Shown in pieces: positions 1 to 13,019 of a stretch of 64,000 bases of DNA. A program made the translations under genes and the position numbers. The notes beneath the pieces are model-generated. The model saw only the letters and a list, made by a program, of their open reading frames with translations, had not been told where the DNA came from and did no database searches. Each line of letters starts with the position of its first letter. Position 1 is the stretch's first letter. This stretch comes from Sminthopsis crassicaudata (lineage: Eukaryota). The stretch is taken from positions 304,507,882 through 304,571,881 of the forward strand of contig NC_133618.1 in NCBI RefSeq assembly GCF_048593235.1. The letters run 5' to 3'.

Positions 1-199
1 AGGAACTCCCTTCTCCAAAAAAGCAGATTAAAATCTGTCTATAACAGTAGATAAGGCCTAGAGCATTTCCTCTTGCACTTAAATGACAATGATTTATGGG
101 ACTTCATATAACTAATAACAGTCAAAGACAGGGACGACTGTTGTTGTTAGTGTTCCTGCTGTTGTTGCCATTGTGTTGTTTCTCCTGTGGTTTTCCAGA

Positions 200-575
200 T
201 TTTTGTTTTCCCCCCTTTATTTTCATAGAGGACTATGATATCAGAAACTTGAAGTGAATTAAATTTGACTGGCAGGATTGTGCAAAGTCAATCAGCCTCA
301 TTCTTTCTCCTAGTCATTCTGAGTCCAATGGCAAGATAAAAGTCAGGACAATTGATCATGGTTCTAGATGCACTTGATCCAACTGAAATTGGCTTTTTTT
401 AAGCTAAGGTCTTTCCCAGATTTCAATTTGTCTAAGCCAACACCCATTCAATGATTAAAAACTAAGTAAGGATTGAGGTAAAATATGGCTTAGTTTGCCT
501 TCTCAAAAGAATCAATCTGAAAGGGGAAGGTCCTCAAGATTTCAGGCCAAAACAGAGAGAATTACCAGTGCTTAA
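200..575 (+). mobile_element. Marsupial SINE-like repeat (WALLSI/MdoRep1-like; family uncertain)
   Basis: Recognisable motifs GAGGACTATGATATCAG, GAATTAAATTTGA, TTTTTTAAGCTAAGGTCTTTCCCAG and CCCATTCAATGATTAA. The same motifs recur reverse-complemented at 3655-3795 and 4500-4612. Confidence 0.55.
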
Positions 576-689
576 TACAATCTCTAATAGAGTAAGAAGA
601 ACTTAATAAAATATTTCTTCATAGACTAATAACTCCTTGCTAAAGGCCCAATACTTTATTTAATAATCCATTGAGCTATTTCTTTAAAA

Positions 690-860
690 ATAATGTTGAT
701 GACTCATTTCTATTGCCTCATAAGGTTTACAGAATACTCAGCCACTCTTTAATGTAGGCAATGAGACTATTATTTCAGTTTTAATAATGGAGGCTTTGCA
801 TGACTATTTTTACAGTTAGTTGTTATAAACAGTGTTAGAATTCAGGACTTTTGACTTCAA
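690..860 (-). mobile_element. Degraded MIR-type SINE
   Basis: Weak match to the reverse MIR pattern (ATTATTTCAGTTTT...GAATTCAGGACTTTTGACTTC). Confidence 0.4.
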
Positions 861-1184
861 ATAATCATTTAGGAGTTCAACAATCTCTAATTTCAAAAGC
901 TTTGGATTGCACTGCCCTTAGTAAACTGAGCAAATATAACCTCAGGGGTCAAAATGATGACAATACTAATCTTACTATCTTGAAGAGAAAGAAGAAAAGG
1001 GAAGTATCTCCTTGTGTCTGATCTATGTCTGGTCCATGTGAATCAGTACATTAGTAGAAAGGCCAAATTGTCTCAGAAAGAGATTGATGATTATTTTTCT
1101 TTTCTCTTGCTTTTGAAGCAAGCTCTCAAATTTCATCTAATGCACAAAAATAAGCCATTTGTATGTGCCTATTTGTTGTCTCTA

Positions 1185-1440
1185 AGTGTTTTTTTAACCT
1201 TTTTATTTTCAAAATATATGCATAGTTTTCAACATTAACCCTTGCAAAACCTTGTGTTCCAATTTTTTTCTCCTTTCCTTCTCTTCATCCCTTCCCTTTA
1301 GACAGCAAATAATATATATTAAAAATGTACAATTCTACTATACATATTTCCACAATTATCATGCTGCACAAGAAAAATCAGATGAAAAAGTTAAAAAATG
1401 AGAAAGAAAACAAAAAGCAATCAAACACAACTCAAAGTGT
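1185..1440 (-). mobile_element. L1 3' end fragment
   Basis: T-rich start, then TTTTCAAAATATATGCATAG...CTTGCAAAACCTTGTGTTCCAA...GCTGCACAAGAAAAATCAG, the reverse of the marsupial L1 3' UTR seen on + at 16700-16995. Confidence 0.75.
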
Positions 1441-1831
1441 TTTTATTGGGTAAAATGTTATTGTTGTGATATGATACTCTTAAACTTACTGTCTAAATAT
1501 TCAAAAATATCACTCTTATATTTGCTGCTTAGAAAAGAATTTACCCAATGAGATCACAATTCAAGGTTTTATGTTTTACACATTGTTTAGAGATCTTAGT
1601 GATACAACATATGGTTTCTTAACATAGATGTTTTGTTTTATTGTAAGAACCTGTGTGTTTCTCTAATACAATTTACAATTCTGAGCAAATGAAAATTTTT
1701 TCTGTGTTGTCAAAGCTCAAGTAGGACAAGAGTAAGAAAGTACCATGTACACTTTGGTTCATATCTATTTGATCCATCAAATTAAACTGAAACATGAAGT
1801 TTTGATGAGGTCAATGAACCAAATAATGAAG

Positions 1832-2360
1832 TGTTAGATTTACAGCGGGAGATCCCTTGTGGTTGGAGCCTCAGGTCCTATGCAAAAGAATTCCCAAACC
1901 CAAATTCTGTGGCAAAATGAATTTTATTTCCCCTAAGAACACTGCTTGCTAGTAAGTCAGCCTTCTTAGTGGTCAGGGAATAAGCAAAGATGGGTTACAA
2001 TGAAAAGAAAATATCTTCAACAGTGAACATGGTCCTGTTTAGGACATCTGCAAAGATTTGGGGTTCAGAGTTGTCTTTTATTTGTCTTCAGAGACTTGGA
2101 GCTTCAATTCAATCCAAAACTGGGAGTTTGAGCCACTTAATGTTAATTATGCCCCAGGTCTAAATTTCCAATTGAAAAGAGATTACTTATCTTGGGAGTT
2201 TCCCTTGTGAACAGAAGAGTGTGGCCACTCCCAAGAGGCTGGGAGACCCAGAATCACCCTTCTTTCACAAGTTAAAGGGAACAGTTTCAAAACCTCTTCA
2301 AAAGTGGGGACACAATTTACATCAGTTTCAGCAAAATCCCGTCAATTTTCTTAAAAAACA
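1832..2360 (-). mobile_element. ERV LTR-like element
   Basis: TG...CA ends and TTTTATT (minus-strand AATAAA). Shares CCCAAATT..GGCA..AATGA..TTTTATT, TTACTTATCT and TTAAAGGGAACAGTTTC with the element at 43630-44127. Confidence 0.45.
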
Positions 2361-3654
2361 CAACCAGATTTGAAACAAATTAAAATTTTCACCAATGAGA
2401 TATCCAAATTAGGATTTATTTAATCCTCAAAATATATATTTCTACCCTGCGGCTGAGATTCCCTTACATAAGGCATAAACACCTGTAGACTATAAAAAGT
2501 CAAATAACCACTGCTCTGTTCTGGAAGACATCCCCACCCTCAACTAAGAGATCTTTGAAAATCTCTAGTCCCTTCCAACCCCCAATAAGAGGAAAACTCT
2601 TGGGGTCAATAAGTAGCTGATCTTCTTGACTGAACCTGCCCAATTCATGTAACTCATAGTATTAGTGAGAGACAGGGATTTTTTAGAATTTTTTTGTTTG
2701 TTTGTTTTTTAGGCCACATCATGACTTTGTCCTTTGCTGTTGCTTGGTTCCCATTCTTCCTTGGTGTAAAAATATTTTTACTTGATGGCAGAGTTTCATT
2801 TCATGCATTCATTCCACACTTTTTCACTTTGCTTAGAGGAAGAGATTTGGTAAAAGGAACTATTAAGATTCTGCAGATTCCTCAATTAGTCCAAGTTCCT
2901 CCTGTCTCAATGATCAAATACTGAGAACTGCAAAGAACATTAAAAGGAATCTAATCTCTTCCAAACCTCTCATTTTACATATTAGGAAATCATGGCACAT
3001 AGAGGCCAATGATTTTCCCAAATTCACACAATATGTGGTAAAGGCAGAATTCAAATTCAAACTAAAACCTTGCTTCCAAAAGCAAAAATCTTTAAGGTGG
3101 GAAGACATTCTTCGGGGAGGCCCTAACTGTTTAATAAGCACCTGATTTCTTGCACAGTTAGACCTCCTTCATAAATTGAAGCCTGTTAAGTAGTTGTTGG
3201 CACTTTATTTCTTGTCTGACTGAAAAAAAAAATGTGCTTTTCTTTCATGCTGTAAGAGTTTTTGATTTCTTCAGTCCACCCTAGCTCAATTTGCTAATGG
3301 AGGAAAGGGGAAAAAGGGCCAGGAACAAGCCTTTATTAAGCACTTGAGACAAATGGAACTGACTAGTTAGGGAATACAATTCTTTTCTTTTTTTTTCCTT
3401 TCCTTTTCTTTTTCTTTCCCTTCCATTCCTCAGTTCACAGAGTATTATAACTAACCTGTGGGTTTTCTATCCAAAGAAATGTAAATTCAGTTTGCTGAAA
3501 CCTCCCCAGATATCTAGGGATTTACTGGCTCAAACTTAGGCCAAAACCCAAATCACAGCCTCTCATTAATTGGCCAACAAAAGGTTCCGGGTCAAACCTC
3601 ACTTGGTTATTATTTGGGCTCCAATTAACTTAGAATGAAATAAAAAGTAGTTTT

Positions 3655-3795
3655 TTTCTGTTTAGGCTAAAACTTGTCCCCTCCCCCACTTATATATTTT
3701 TTAAACTAGGTAAAAAATCCTACTCACTGCCTCATTTCTTACTTGAATCACTGATTGGATATCACCTTACCTAAATTAAGACTTGTTAAAGATCT
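3655..3795 (-). mobile_element. Same SINE-like family as 200-575, 3' part
   Basis: AAACTAGGTAAAA...GCCTCATTTCTTAC...AATCACTGATTGG is the reverse complement of the 420-570 segment. Confidence 0.6.
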
Positions 3796-3815
3796 TATTT
3801 ATTTTTTTTTTTTAA

Positions 3816-3990
3816 AGATAGTGTTAGATGCTGAGTTAGGAAGATTTGAGTTCAAATGTGGCCTCAGATACTTACCAGTTCTTTGAGCATAGGAAAATTA
3901 TTTAACTTCTCTCAGTTTTGTTTCTTCATCTATGAAATGAAGAAAATAAAAGCACCTACCTCACAGGGCTGTTCTGAGGATCAAATGAGA
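3816..3990 (+). mobile_element. MIR/CORE-SINE
   Basis: B-box-like GAGTTCAAATGTGG, core TCTCAGTTTTGTTTCTTCATCTATGAAATG and tail GCACCTACCTCACAGGGCTGTTCTGAGGATCAAATGAGA. Confidence 0.75.
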
Positions 3991-4100
3991 ATTTTTTTTT
4001 TTTACTTTATTTTCAAAACATATGCATAGATAATTTTAACATTCATCTTTGCAAAACCTTTTGTTTCAATTTTTGTTTTGTTTTGTTTTGTTTTTTTGTT
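3991..4100 (-). mobile_element. Short L1 3' end
   Basis: Poly-T followed by TTTCAAAACATATGCATAGATAATTTTAACATTCATCTTTGCAAAACC. Confidence 0.65.
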
Positions 4101-4105
4101 TTTTC

Positions 4106-4499
4106 TGAATGGGACTAATTGGATGAAGTTTTCTCAGTTTAGGAGACTATGTCTAAATTACATGATCCCTATTCCCAGGTCTGGAAGATCACATGGGTTA
4201 CAGGAAGTCACATGGTCTCTAAAGGGTTAAAAATCTTAAGTCAGCTATAGAAAGTGACAGGAAAGGACTTGATGCACAGGAAGCAGACAACATTAGTGAC
4301 ATTAGTTAAGTATGGTTACTTCCTTTTAGTCAATCTAATGAAAAGGGTTCATCTTTTGCTATTCAAATCCTGACAAGCAGGAAGCCTGTCAGAAACTCTG
4401 GATGGAAGCTGGGATGCTTCCCAGGTGTGTTGGGTCCCTCCAGGGACTAAATAAATGCTTTCTCTTTGTACCTGAAGGTGTTTGAAAAACTGAAGCTGG
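4106..4499 (+). mobile_element. LTR-like fragment
   Basis: TG start, more GC-balanced than the flanks, AATAAA near 4450. It interrupts the SINE split between 3655-3795 and 4500-4612. Confidence 0.4.
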
Positions 4500-4612
4500 G
4501 GACTTTGCCCAGTCCACCCTTACTTCCAATTCACTTGTATATCATAGCATCACTTCCTTATTGTTATGGTTCTCTAGGAGAATGAGGGACAAATAAATAA
4601 CAGCAGAAGAAA
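4500..4612 (-). mobile_element. Same SINE-like family as 200-575, 5' part
   Basis: GACTTTGCCCAGTCC...CCAATTCACTT...ATGGTTCTCT..GAGAATGAGGGACAAA is the reverse complement of the 200-290 segment. Confidence 0.6.
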
Positions 4613-4620
4613 CAGCAGTA

Positions 4621-4850
4621 ACTTTATTAAGCTAGGTATTCTGCTAAGTGCTCTACAAATATTATCTCATTTGATCTTTGCAACAACCCTGGGAGGTTAG
4701 AGGCTATCATGACACCCATGTTACAATTAAGGAAACTGAGGCAGACAGAGTAATTTCTCCAGGATTACAAGTTAATACATATCTAAAGCTGGATTTGAAT
4801 TTGGAATTTCTTCACTGCAGGCTTAATTCATTAGTTATTCCACACTATTT
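4621..4850 (-). mobile_element. MIR/MAR1-type SINE
   Basis: TTATCTCATTTGATC...CAACAACCCTGGGAGGT...GGAAACTGAGGCA...GGATTTGAA. Confidence 0.75.
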
Positions 4851-7800
4851 ATGTGTCAATGAAAGGGGTAAGTCCATAGAGAAATGTCTACTACTCTTCT
4901 TGTTTTAATAAACATTCTAATGACAACACCATTATACACTGTAATTGGACACAGACCTATAAAATATGTAATCATATTTGGTTTGAGTTTTGATCTGGTT
5001 ACATTCTAAAAAAAAGTAAGGGATGGATATTGTTAGTGAAGAAATTTGTCACAAACTATTCTCCCCATTTGTGTCCTAAGCTAATAATTTCCTTAATGTT
5101 ACAAGTCCTTTTATGTTTTAGCATTCTCAAGGTACATAGTTTTGATATTCACCCTGCATCTCTTATAGCTTTTCACTGCCTGCTACAGTAAGCTGTAGAT
5201 CATCTTCTATATCATACTACAGGAATTTTTTCATTGTTTCCCCCTTCCCCATGTAACCCACTCCATAGCACAACATCTAATTCATTGAACTGAACTTGTA
5301 TCTTCTACATAGAAACTCTATTTGTCAAGGGATCTTGATGGGCCCATTGCCTACTGAAGTCAATTCCCCAGTTAAACTAGTTATATAGATGCCTACTTCT
5401 CTTTCCTATATTATAGAAGTCAGAATTGCTGGCAATTAAGTATATTGGATAGTATAGTGTTATCACATTTCATTTAAAGGGTCTCTCCCCACATGCCTGG
5501 ATTTCATGGGATTCTGGGACAATTGCAGAACTGTCCTGGGTACTGAGATAATCCTAAAATGTTGTAATGGACCTACTACCAGGTGGGCTAGCTTAAAGCT
5601 TAAGGGACTCCTACGGAGTAGGAAAAATGCTTTCACTATTTGTCCTCATGTGCCTAACCTCTGGTTAGAGTTTTCTGAATTCATATTGGTCTGATGAGTC
5701 ACAGTCACTCTGTATCTTGATCCCAAGTAAATGATCTGATTTTGTTTTCTTTGAAAAAGAAGAACAACCTGGCAAAAATATTTTCACTAACACCACCACC
5801 ATCTTCCCCCCCCTCTTCTCCCCCACACTCAAATGAGTGCAAAATATACTTTAAGAGATTAAAAAATGCTTAATTCCTTCCAGAGTACTTAAGATCCCTT
5901 TAAATAAATTTAGAGGCCTTGATTACTCATTATTACTTTCTAGAGGTACTTCAGATTTCCAACTCCAGACTGGTGCAAGACCAGAATTTCCATGTTGGAT
6001 GAGATCTTATGGCCCCATAATCTAAAATCCCAAAGTCATAACTAGCAATCTTGATCTTGCAGATCAAACAGCAACAGCTGGGACAAGTGACAAAAAAAAT
6101 TTTCCATGAAATCAACTGTGCAATTCATTTATATAAACAATGCAAGAAATAATCAAGTCATAATGAATAGTGTAGGAAGAAACATAGTTACCATAGTGAC
6201 TTCAAAGACAAGGATTCTCACCTTTTGAAAAAACCTTGGAGGTCATATTTTCCAACATATGGTATCTGATATCCCCATTATCTCTTGTTCACCAATAAAA
6301 TCTCTGAGGCTTTTTCTCACTCAGCTTAAAGGAAGAAAGATAGAACAGAATGTGAAGTATCTAAACTTGAAGAAAAGAAGTAGAAATGCTAGTTACTTTA
6401 GAAAAAAAGAAAATGAAAAAAAAATTCTTAGATAGCAGTGAGGGGAAAGAGGAGTACATCTTCTGGATTTCTTTATAGCACAGGGGAATGGATGGAAACT
6501 CCAGTCTACTGTTAGCTATCTCCATAAAAGGACAGCATACAAACTTTATCTTCCTTCTCAGCCAAAATCTGTGATCATGTTCTCTTCTGCTCACTTCCTT
6601 CTCTGCTAAAAGGGAAAATGTAATAAATATCTATTCCCACTGAGTTTCACAGATCCTAAATTTTCCAGGTTGAATTAATGTCCTGAATATAATGTCTTTC
6701 TGATGATTTTGCTTGCGTCTTAAGGAAGTGATCATACTGATGGACCTCACCTTGACACTGAGGAAAGTTGAGAATTCTGCCTAGCAGAAGTGAAGAAATC
6801 TACTTAGACACTAGAGAACTATGTAGAAGGGATTTCTTTTGCAGCAAGACACCTCTATTGAATGTACAACCAGATTTTGATGAAACACAATTACTATGTC
6901 AATATGAGTCATACCACAAGAGTTTTAATTTAAGGGAATAACTTAAAAACAAATAATACCATTATTAAAAATTTTCACAAGTAAGGACCTTCTGATAAAC
7001 AAAGTCACAGAAATTTCTTCTTCTCTAAGAAAAATAAAATCTTGAATTTTTTTGGATTCCTCTTTCTTCTAATAACCTTCTTGAATTTAAAGTAAGCATA
7101 TAAATTTTTTCTGCCATAGTATATTATTACTGTTCCTAAGCTTTACAAAGGTACTGTCTAGTATTTCAGCTACTTCTTTATCCCCAAGAATGTCAAAAGT
7201 AATAAAAATATCTCACGGATTTCTTGAATAGATATATATTTTTAAAACTTAAAATATAAACCCAAGGTGATAGGAATATTGCTCTAGAATTTATTGGCTG
7301 TAAAGCTGCAATTCATATCACTCCCCAAAACTGGAAGAGGTGGGGGAAGTCATACTTTTTCTCAGAGGAAATTAAGGAGACTTACAATGGCTTAATGGGA
7401 ATATTCTAATATAAAAGGTAGTTATATGAAAAGAAATGGTTTAAATTCCTTTCCTCCTTGTCATAACCTTCAGAGATTACTAGGAGTACACCAAGTTAAA
7501 GAGCAATGATAGAATGCCCCAGTGACTCAAGGGCTGGAAAAACACCTGTTATATTCAGTTTCTTCCAATCAGGGTTTCATTTCAAATATACAGTAATTGG
7601 GGCCAGTATCACTTGGATTAGTTATTCAGAGTAGCAGGGAAATAAACCTAGCAGATTATTCCTAGTGAGGAAATGAAAGACTATCCCAGTGATCAGGCAA
7701 AAAAGCAATCATTGAGCAGCTTACACTTTATCTAAAAACCTACAATTTCAACAAAAATTAGGTAGAGTATAGTGAATGGATTGGGGAATCAAAGTAACAT

Positions 7801-7956
7801 CCTATAGATGTATCATGAGGATGTAAAACACTTTGCAGACCTTAATATATTTATTATTATTATTATTACGCTATAGTCACCAAATCTTCAGCCTGGTGAG
7901 AACTTCATTTGTTGAATATTCTAATATCCTCTAGCTGAGCTCAATCAATGTTTACA

Positions 7957-8162
7957 GAGCAATATAGGAGTATGCTGGAAAATTTCTAACAAAGTAGAAT
8001 GTTTACACACACATTTTAAAATTTAATGTTCATTATTAACATGTAAACTATGAAGAACAAGTTCTGATTTACTTGATTGTCTGCTCTGATGTATAGATGT
8101 TCACACTACAAACTTAAAGATGGGCTCTGGCAAGCTTATTAAAGGTGGTTCTACCCATCTCT
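7957..8162. mobile_element. hAT-Blackjack (MER63-like) non-autonomous DNA transposon
   Basis: GGAGTATGCTGGAAAATTT...CACATTTTAAAATTTAAT..CATTATTAACAT, shared with 12765-12970 and 41215-41375. Confidence 0.55.
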
Positions 8163-8276
8163 GTCAAACAGATACCACTACTGTTGGAAGCAGAAAATAG
8201 AAGCAACCATTAAGATATAGGACATAACAACAAAAGGATTAACTAGGAGATAATAGGGAAAGATGTCAATCAACAG

Positions 8277-8520
8277 AGAGCCATCTAGGTGTACAGTGAA
8301 TAGAATACTGGTCCTGGAATCAGGAAGTCTCATCTTTCTAAGGTCAAATCTGACCTCAAACCCTGACTGGGTATGTGACCCTAGCCAAATCACGTATCCC
8401 TCTTTGCCTCAGTTTCCTCATCTATAAAATGAGCTAAAGAAGGAAATGGCAAACCACTTCAATATCTTTGCCAAGAAAACCTTAAATATGGTCACAAAGT
8501 TGGACATAAGTAGACAGCAA
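8277..8520 (+). mobile_element. MAR1-type CORE-SINE with RTE-like tail
   Basis: tRNA-like head, core GCCTCAGTTTCCTCATCTATAAAATGAGCT and tail GAAGGAAATGGCAAACCACTTCAATATCTTTGCCAAGAAAACC. Confidence 0.8.
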
Positions 8521-8706
8521 TAAGATATGGATTTACTTTGGGATTCTGAGACATAATGGCTTAGGAAGTCTGAGCCATTTATTCAATCTTTTAGTACCTC
8601 AAGCAATTCTCTGAGATTAAAATTTGAAAAGAGACTGTCTATTTGAATAGGCTGTTTCCTTATTAAGATTTTTTCATACTAATAAAAGCACAGATTTATC
8701 CCATAC

Positions 8707-8708
<2 letters not shown>

Positions 8709-8744
<36 letters not shown>
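8709..8744. repeat. (CA)18 microsatellite
   Basis: Read directly from the sequence. Confidence 0.95.
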
Positions 8745-8749
<5 letters not shown>

Positions 8750-9859
8750 ACACGGACACCAAGAGAGAGATAAAGGAAAAGACAGAAAGGCAGAAGGAGA
8801 AGGAGAAGGAGAGACACAGAAAGGGTAGAAGGATGCTTAGAAGGTATAGCATTTAACCATCTTCAAATGAGAGTTATAAAGATACAATGGAAAGAAGAAC
8901 CACAGGCTCAACATTTTAGACCTGAAAAGTATAGAAGTCACAAAGGAATTCATCCCAAGGATACTCATATAAAGAACATTAGCAATGGCTAAGATGTCTA
9001 ACTACAATTTCGCAAGGGACACAGATCCTTTGTTAGTGGCTGCAACATCAAGCTGATAAAAATTGAGGCCATAATGTTAAATCATAGCTCAATGAAAACA
9101 TTTCTGCAGGAAACTGAAGAACTAAGGTCTCAGCTGTATGTTTGATGATTTGAGTTAGTATAAAGAGAGAAATTGAAGGATTGTTTTTTTAGCATGCCCA
9201 TTACATTCTTCTCATTACACATAATATTTCAGGAGGCTGATTATCCCCATTCTGCAGATGAGAAAAAGATCTTATCCAAGATAAAGAGCTAATTATTAGG
9301 AGACCAGGAATTCAAGCTCAAGTGTTAGGAATTTAAGATTAGCACATATTCTACTAGCTCATTGTGAAGGGGCATAGAAATAATTTATCCAAGCTCTCAT
9401 TTTACAGATTAGGCAACTGATTTCCAGATTTAGAAACACTGGCTCAAAATGAATACTGAATGGTTAAAAGGCATATAGAATCCACAAAAATCAAGATACT
9501 GAATGAAAACCCTAAACTCTAGATTTATTTGGGCATTTTAGAAATGTAAAATCTGTAGAACTTAACTTATGAGTTGTCAAATTAATTTTAATTAACCTCC
9601 ACCAAATTTCTTTTTTTTATGAGCCTGTTCAGACTTATCTAGGATTATCGTGAAATAATAAACGTAGTCCATTCCTGTACTGGGAGAATTCTTGGAGTTC
9701 AAAGGTGAATTGCTAGCTCTGGTCCTTTTGAGATGAAACATGAGGTAACAATGACCAATATCTCAAACTACAGTTTAACAGAGGTCAAACATCCAACCCT
9801 TTTTTATCTACTCTTCAAGCTACCATTCTATTTTATCCCCCAGGCAAATAACAGGCCAA

Positions 9860-9995
9860 CTAGATCACTAAATCTGTAGTCAGGAAGATCTAAGTTCATA
9901 TCTGGTCTTAAACTATCTGTGAACCTAGATGATTCACTCCACTTCTGTAAAACGGGTATAATAATAGCATCTACCTCCTAGAATTGTTTAAAGAA
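9860..9995 (+). mobile_element. MIR
   Basis: GTCAGGAAGATCTAAGTTCATATC...TCTGTAAAACGGGTATAATAATAGCATCTACCTCC. Confidence 0.6.
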
Positions 9996-10004
9996 TTTTT
10001 TTTT

Positions 10005-10235
10005 AATTATCTCTCACCTAAACTATCATAATCACTTCCTAAGTGATTTCCTGATTTCAAGACTTTTCACTCTTCTTTCTATCTTCTAAATAGCTGCCAA
10101 AGTCAAAGAATACCTATGAACAAGACACTCCCTATAATCTCCTTCTCAATAAATTAGTTTGCTACTTCTTGAATGGAATTCAAGAATCCACGCTTGGCAT
10201 TTGAAACCCTGTACAGATTGATTCCAAAATATGAT
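10005..10235 (+). mobile_element. L2 fragment
   Basis: TCTCTCACCTAAACTATCATAATCACTTCCTAA...GCTGCCAAAGT...CTTGGCATTTGAAACCCT follows the L2 3' region pattern. Confidence 0.65.
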
Positions 10236-10264
10236 TCTAGAATTATATATTATTTCCTTTAAGA

Positions 10265-12430
10265 CCAAGAATGATCAGAAGCAATGTAGTCAATTCTCCA
10301 CCTAGCAGATTCTTAAAAATGCAGCAGACCAAATCCTGATGTAGAAATTAAGAAAAAGTTGTGGCAGGTCTTTACCACAATTTAGCAAAGAGAGAGAGAC
10401 TAACAGGGAGTTCTGTAAATCTTGGGGACTGTTTCAGTCCAGAGCCATGCTGTGAAGAGTACTTAGGCATTTAGGAAAAAACAGGGCAAAAAAGTACATA
10501 TCTGCACTCCCTCAGAGCTGATAAGGCATTGTGATGAGGACAGGATCCAAATGACATCTTTGTGTCTTGGGTGGCAGATCCAAAACCAAGTGAAAAAGCA
10601 TCAAATTCAGGCAGTTGCATTTCAAAATAGAGAGGCCTTGGATGTGATGAGAAAGGAGGAAGTGAAGAAGCTCCCATCAGTATGCGCATTAGAGCTGTGG
10701 CTAAGACTTTAGCGCAAAATAAGGTCTCTTTTCCAATCCCTATTCTAAACTGGAAAGGAATAACCAGATCAGGAACTCCAGATCAAAAGAAAGTCTATAA
10801 TTATGCTGCTCTGAATCAACAGAGCTTCCCAATCAACTAACAAATGCTACATCTAGCAGCAATATATTTTTTCTCAGATCCAATCCAAGTAAGGAACTTG
10901 CAGAGATCTGTCAAGAGGGCAAAAAACAGGCTTTGGTATGAATTAGACCATTTGGAGGTCAACATTTTAGAATAACATAAAAGTCAATACTCCAAAATAG
11001 CAGTCAAACCAATCCTCTGAAAGTGCTGGAAAGCCCAGTTCTAACAATAAGTCTGACATTAGGAAGCTGTCTGGAAGAATGGGAAATAAAAAATGAATCC
11101 CTATTATGGTGCCAAAGAAGTTCAAGTCATACATGTAGAAAACATTGGTGCCAAAATATCTTCAAGCATTGATTCACAGTAAAACACAGCATGACCACAA
11201 ACAACTAGATTTCCTAGAAGAAATGAAGCAAAAATAACAAAAAGAGTTTAACTAATTTTTTTAGAAATGTAATACAGCCCATCAGGAAAAAAAAAATTAA
11301 AAAAGAAAGAGCTGTAGAGAAAAAAAAAAAAAAAAAAAGATTTAAAGATTTAGAAAGGAATTAACAGTTTGGCACACGAGGTAAAAAAATTTGCCCAAGC
11401 AACAAATTCACTGAGAATTGAAATGGACCAAATAGAAACCAATGATTCCATAAGGCAAATAATATTAAAACAAGATTAAAAGGAAAATGTAGAAGAAATA
11501 GAAGAAAATGTAAGGTATCACATAACCAAAAAACCCAACATATTAAAACTTAATCAAAACAAATTAAAACAAAACAAAACCAAACAAAAAGTCTGAAAAG
11601 AGTTGGAGAGAATGTAAAATAACTCCTAACCAAAAAAAAAAAAAAAAAAAAAAAGCTAGTCTGGTAAAGAAAATGAGGAGGAAAAAAAAATTAAGAATCA
11701 CTGGACTATTTGGATGGCATAACCAAAGGCCAGCTTATATATAATATTTTATATATAATACTTTAAGAAATCTTAAAAGAAAATTGCCCAGATATTTTAG
11801 AATTATATGACAAGTAAAAAATAGAAAGAATCTATTAATCACCTCTCCTTAAGGAAACCCCACAAATGAAAATTCCCAGGAACAGCACATCCCAAATCCA
11901 AAACTTCCAAGTAAAACAATCAATATACATAAATATGCATACATATGTATGTATGCATATATATACATATATGTATATATGTATTCCAATCAGCTACAAA
12001 GAAAGAATTTAACTACTGAGCAACCACAGTCAGAATCACACATGAGTTAGCAGCTACTAGAATAAAAGAATGGAAAACTCATAAATATAATATTTCCAAA
12101 GGCAAAGGATATGGGCTTCTGCCAATAATAAATTACCCAGTAAAATTGAATATAATGTTACAGGTGGGTAAAGGGACCTTTCATTAACTAGAAAAACTTC
12201 CAAATATTCATGATGAAACACCAGAGTTAATGAAAAACTTTGAAGTACAAACATAGAACTAAAGAAAATGAAGAAAAATAAATATTAAAAAGATGAATGA
12301 GCAATGACAAGAAACTAAACAAGATTAAATTTATTGTGTTCTAATATAATGACATGATAAATATGTCCCTTCTGTGATTTATCATCATAAGTGGGGAGAG
12401 TGAAAAAGATGTCTGATCTTTGAAAATAAA
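10265..12430 (+). mobile_element. L1 5' UTR plus decayed ORF1 and spacer, no ORF2
   Basis: Frameshifted translation gives L1 ORF1p motifs: LRITGL (TTAAGAATCACTGGACT), NCPDIL (AATTGCCCAGATATT), TVRIT.ELAA (ACAGTCAGAATCACACATGAGTTAGCAGCT), IFQKAKDMGL and NYPVKL. It is interrupted by poly-A runs and a TA-rich repeat at about 11925-11985. Confidence 0.85.
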
Positions 12431-12764
12431 TTTTAAAATGAATACATACAAAAACATATGTATTTACATGTTATATATTTATACATATATATGCAATAAC
12501 ATGTTACTCTTCTGTATATATTCTGTGATTTAGACAAACATCATCTTACTATTCTTCATGAAAGATAGTCCATCTTCCAAATAACTGATTTGGTACAGGC
12601 TGATTGTCCTGACTATAATGTACTTCATCCTTCCCTCCAACTCATAGATTTTGGAGTTTGCTTCAAAAATGATCAAATGAATTCCTGTTTAAATTTCTAG
12701 TAGCCACTTCTCCCAAATCACCTTATATTTATTTTATTCTTATTTTGTATATTCTTATATCTAG

Positions 12765-12970
12765 GAGTGTGCTGGTAAATGTTTAACTGGCTCTCCAAAA
12801 GTAACTACATATGACACATTTTTAAATTTAATATCAATGATTAACATTTTCTACATTGCTTTAAATCAATATAATAAAGCAGCATAATCAATAATCATTC
12901 AAAGTCCTGATATGTAGCATTTGTTCATTGAACAATTGACCTTAATGACTACATAGGACCTGGTTCCATC
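12765..12970. mobile_element. hAT-Blackjack (MER63-like) fragment
   Basis: GGAGTGTGCTGGTAAATGTTTAACTGGCTCTCC is an MER63-type terminus. Confidence 0.6.
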
Positions 12971-13019
12971 AAAGTACTTCTATTGTGCACGATAGTTCTC
13001 TATAAGTTTCTTGATAGGC

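Noticed and set aside
6222-6606. Two minus-strand exon-like segments (6324-6222 and about 6606-6542)
   Set aside because: The splice signals are good, but 6324-6222 has a stop in every frame, and the phases do not continue the upstream chain.
12548-12685. Open minus-strand frame ending at a GTAAGA donor
   Set aside because: The sequence resembles an old MIR3/L3-type repeat (ATCTATGAGTTGGAGGGAAGG...), so it is probably repeat-derived.
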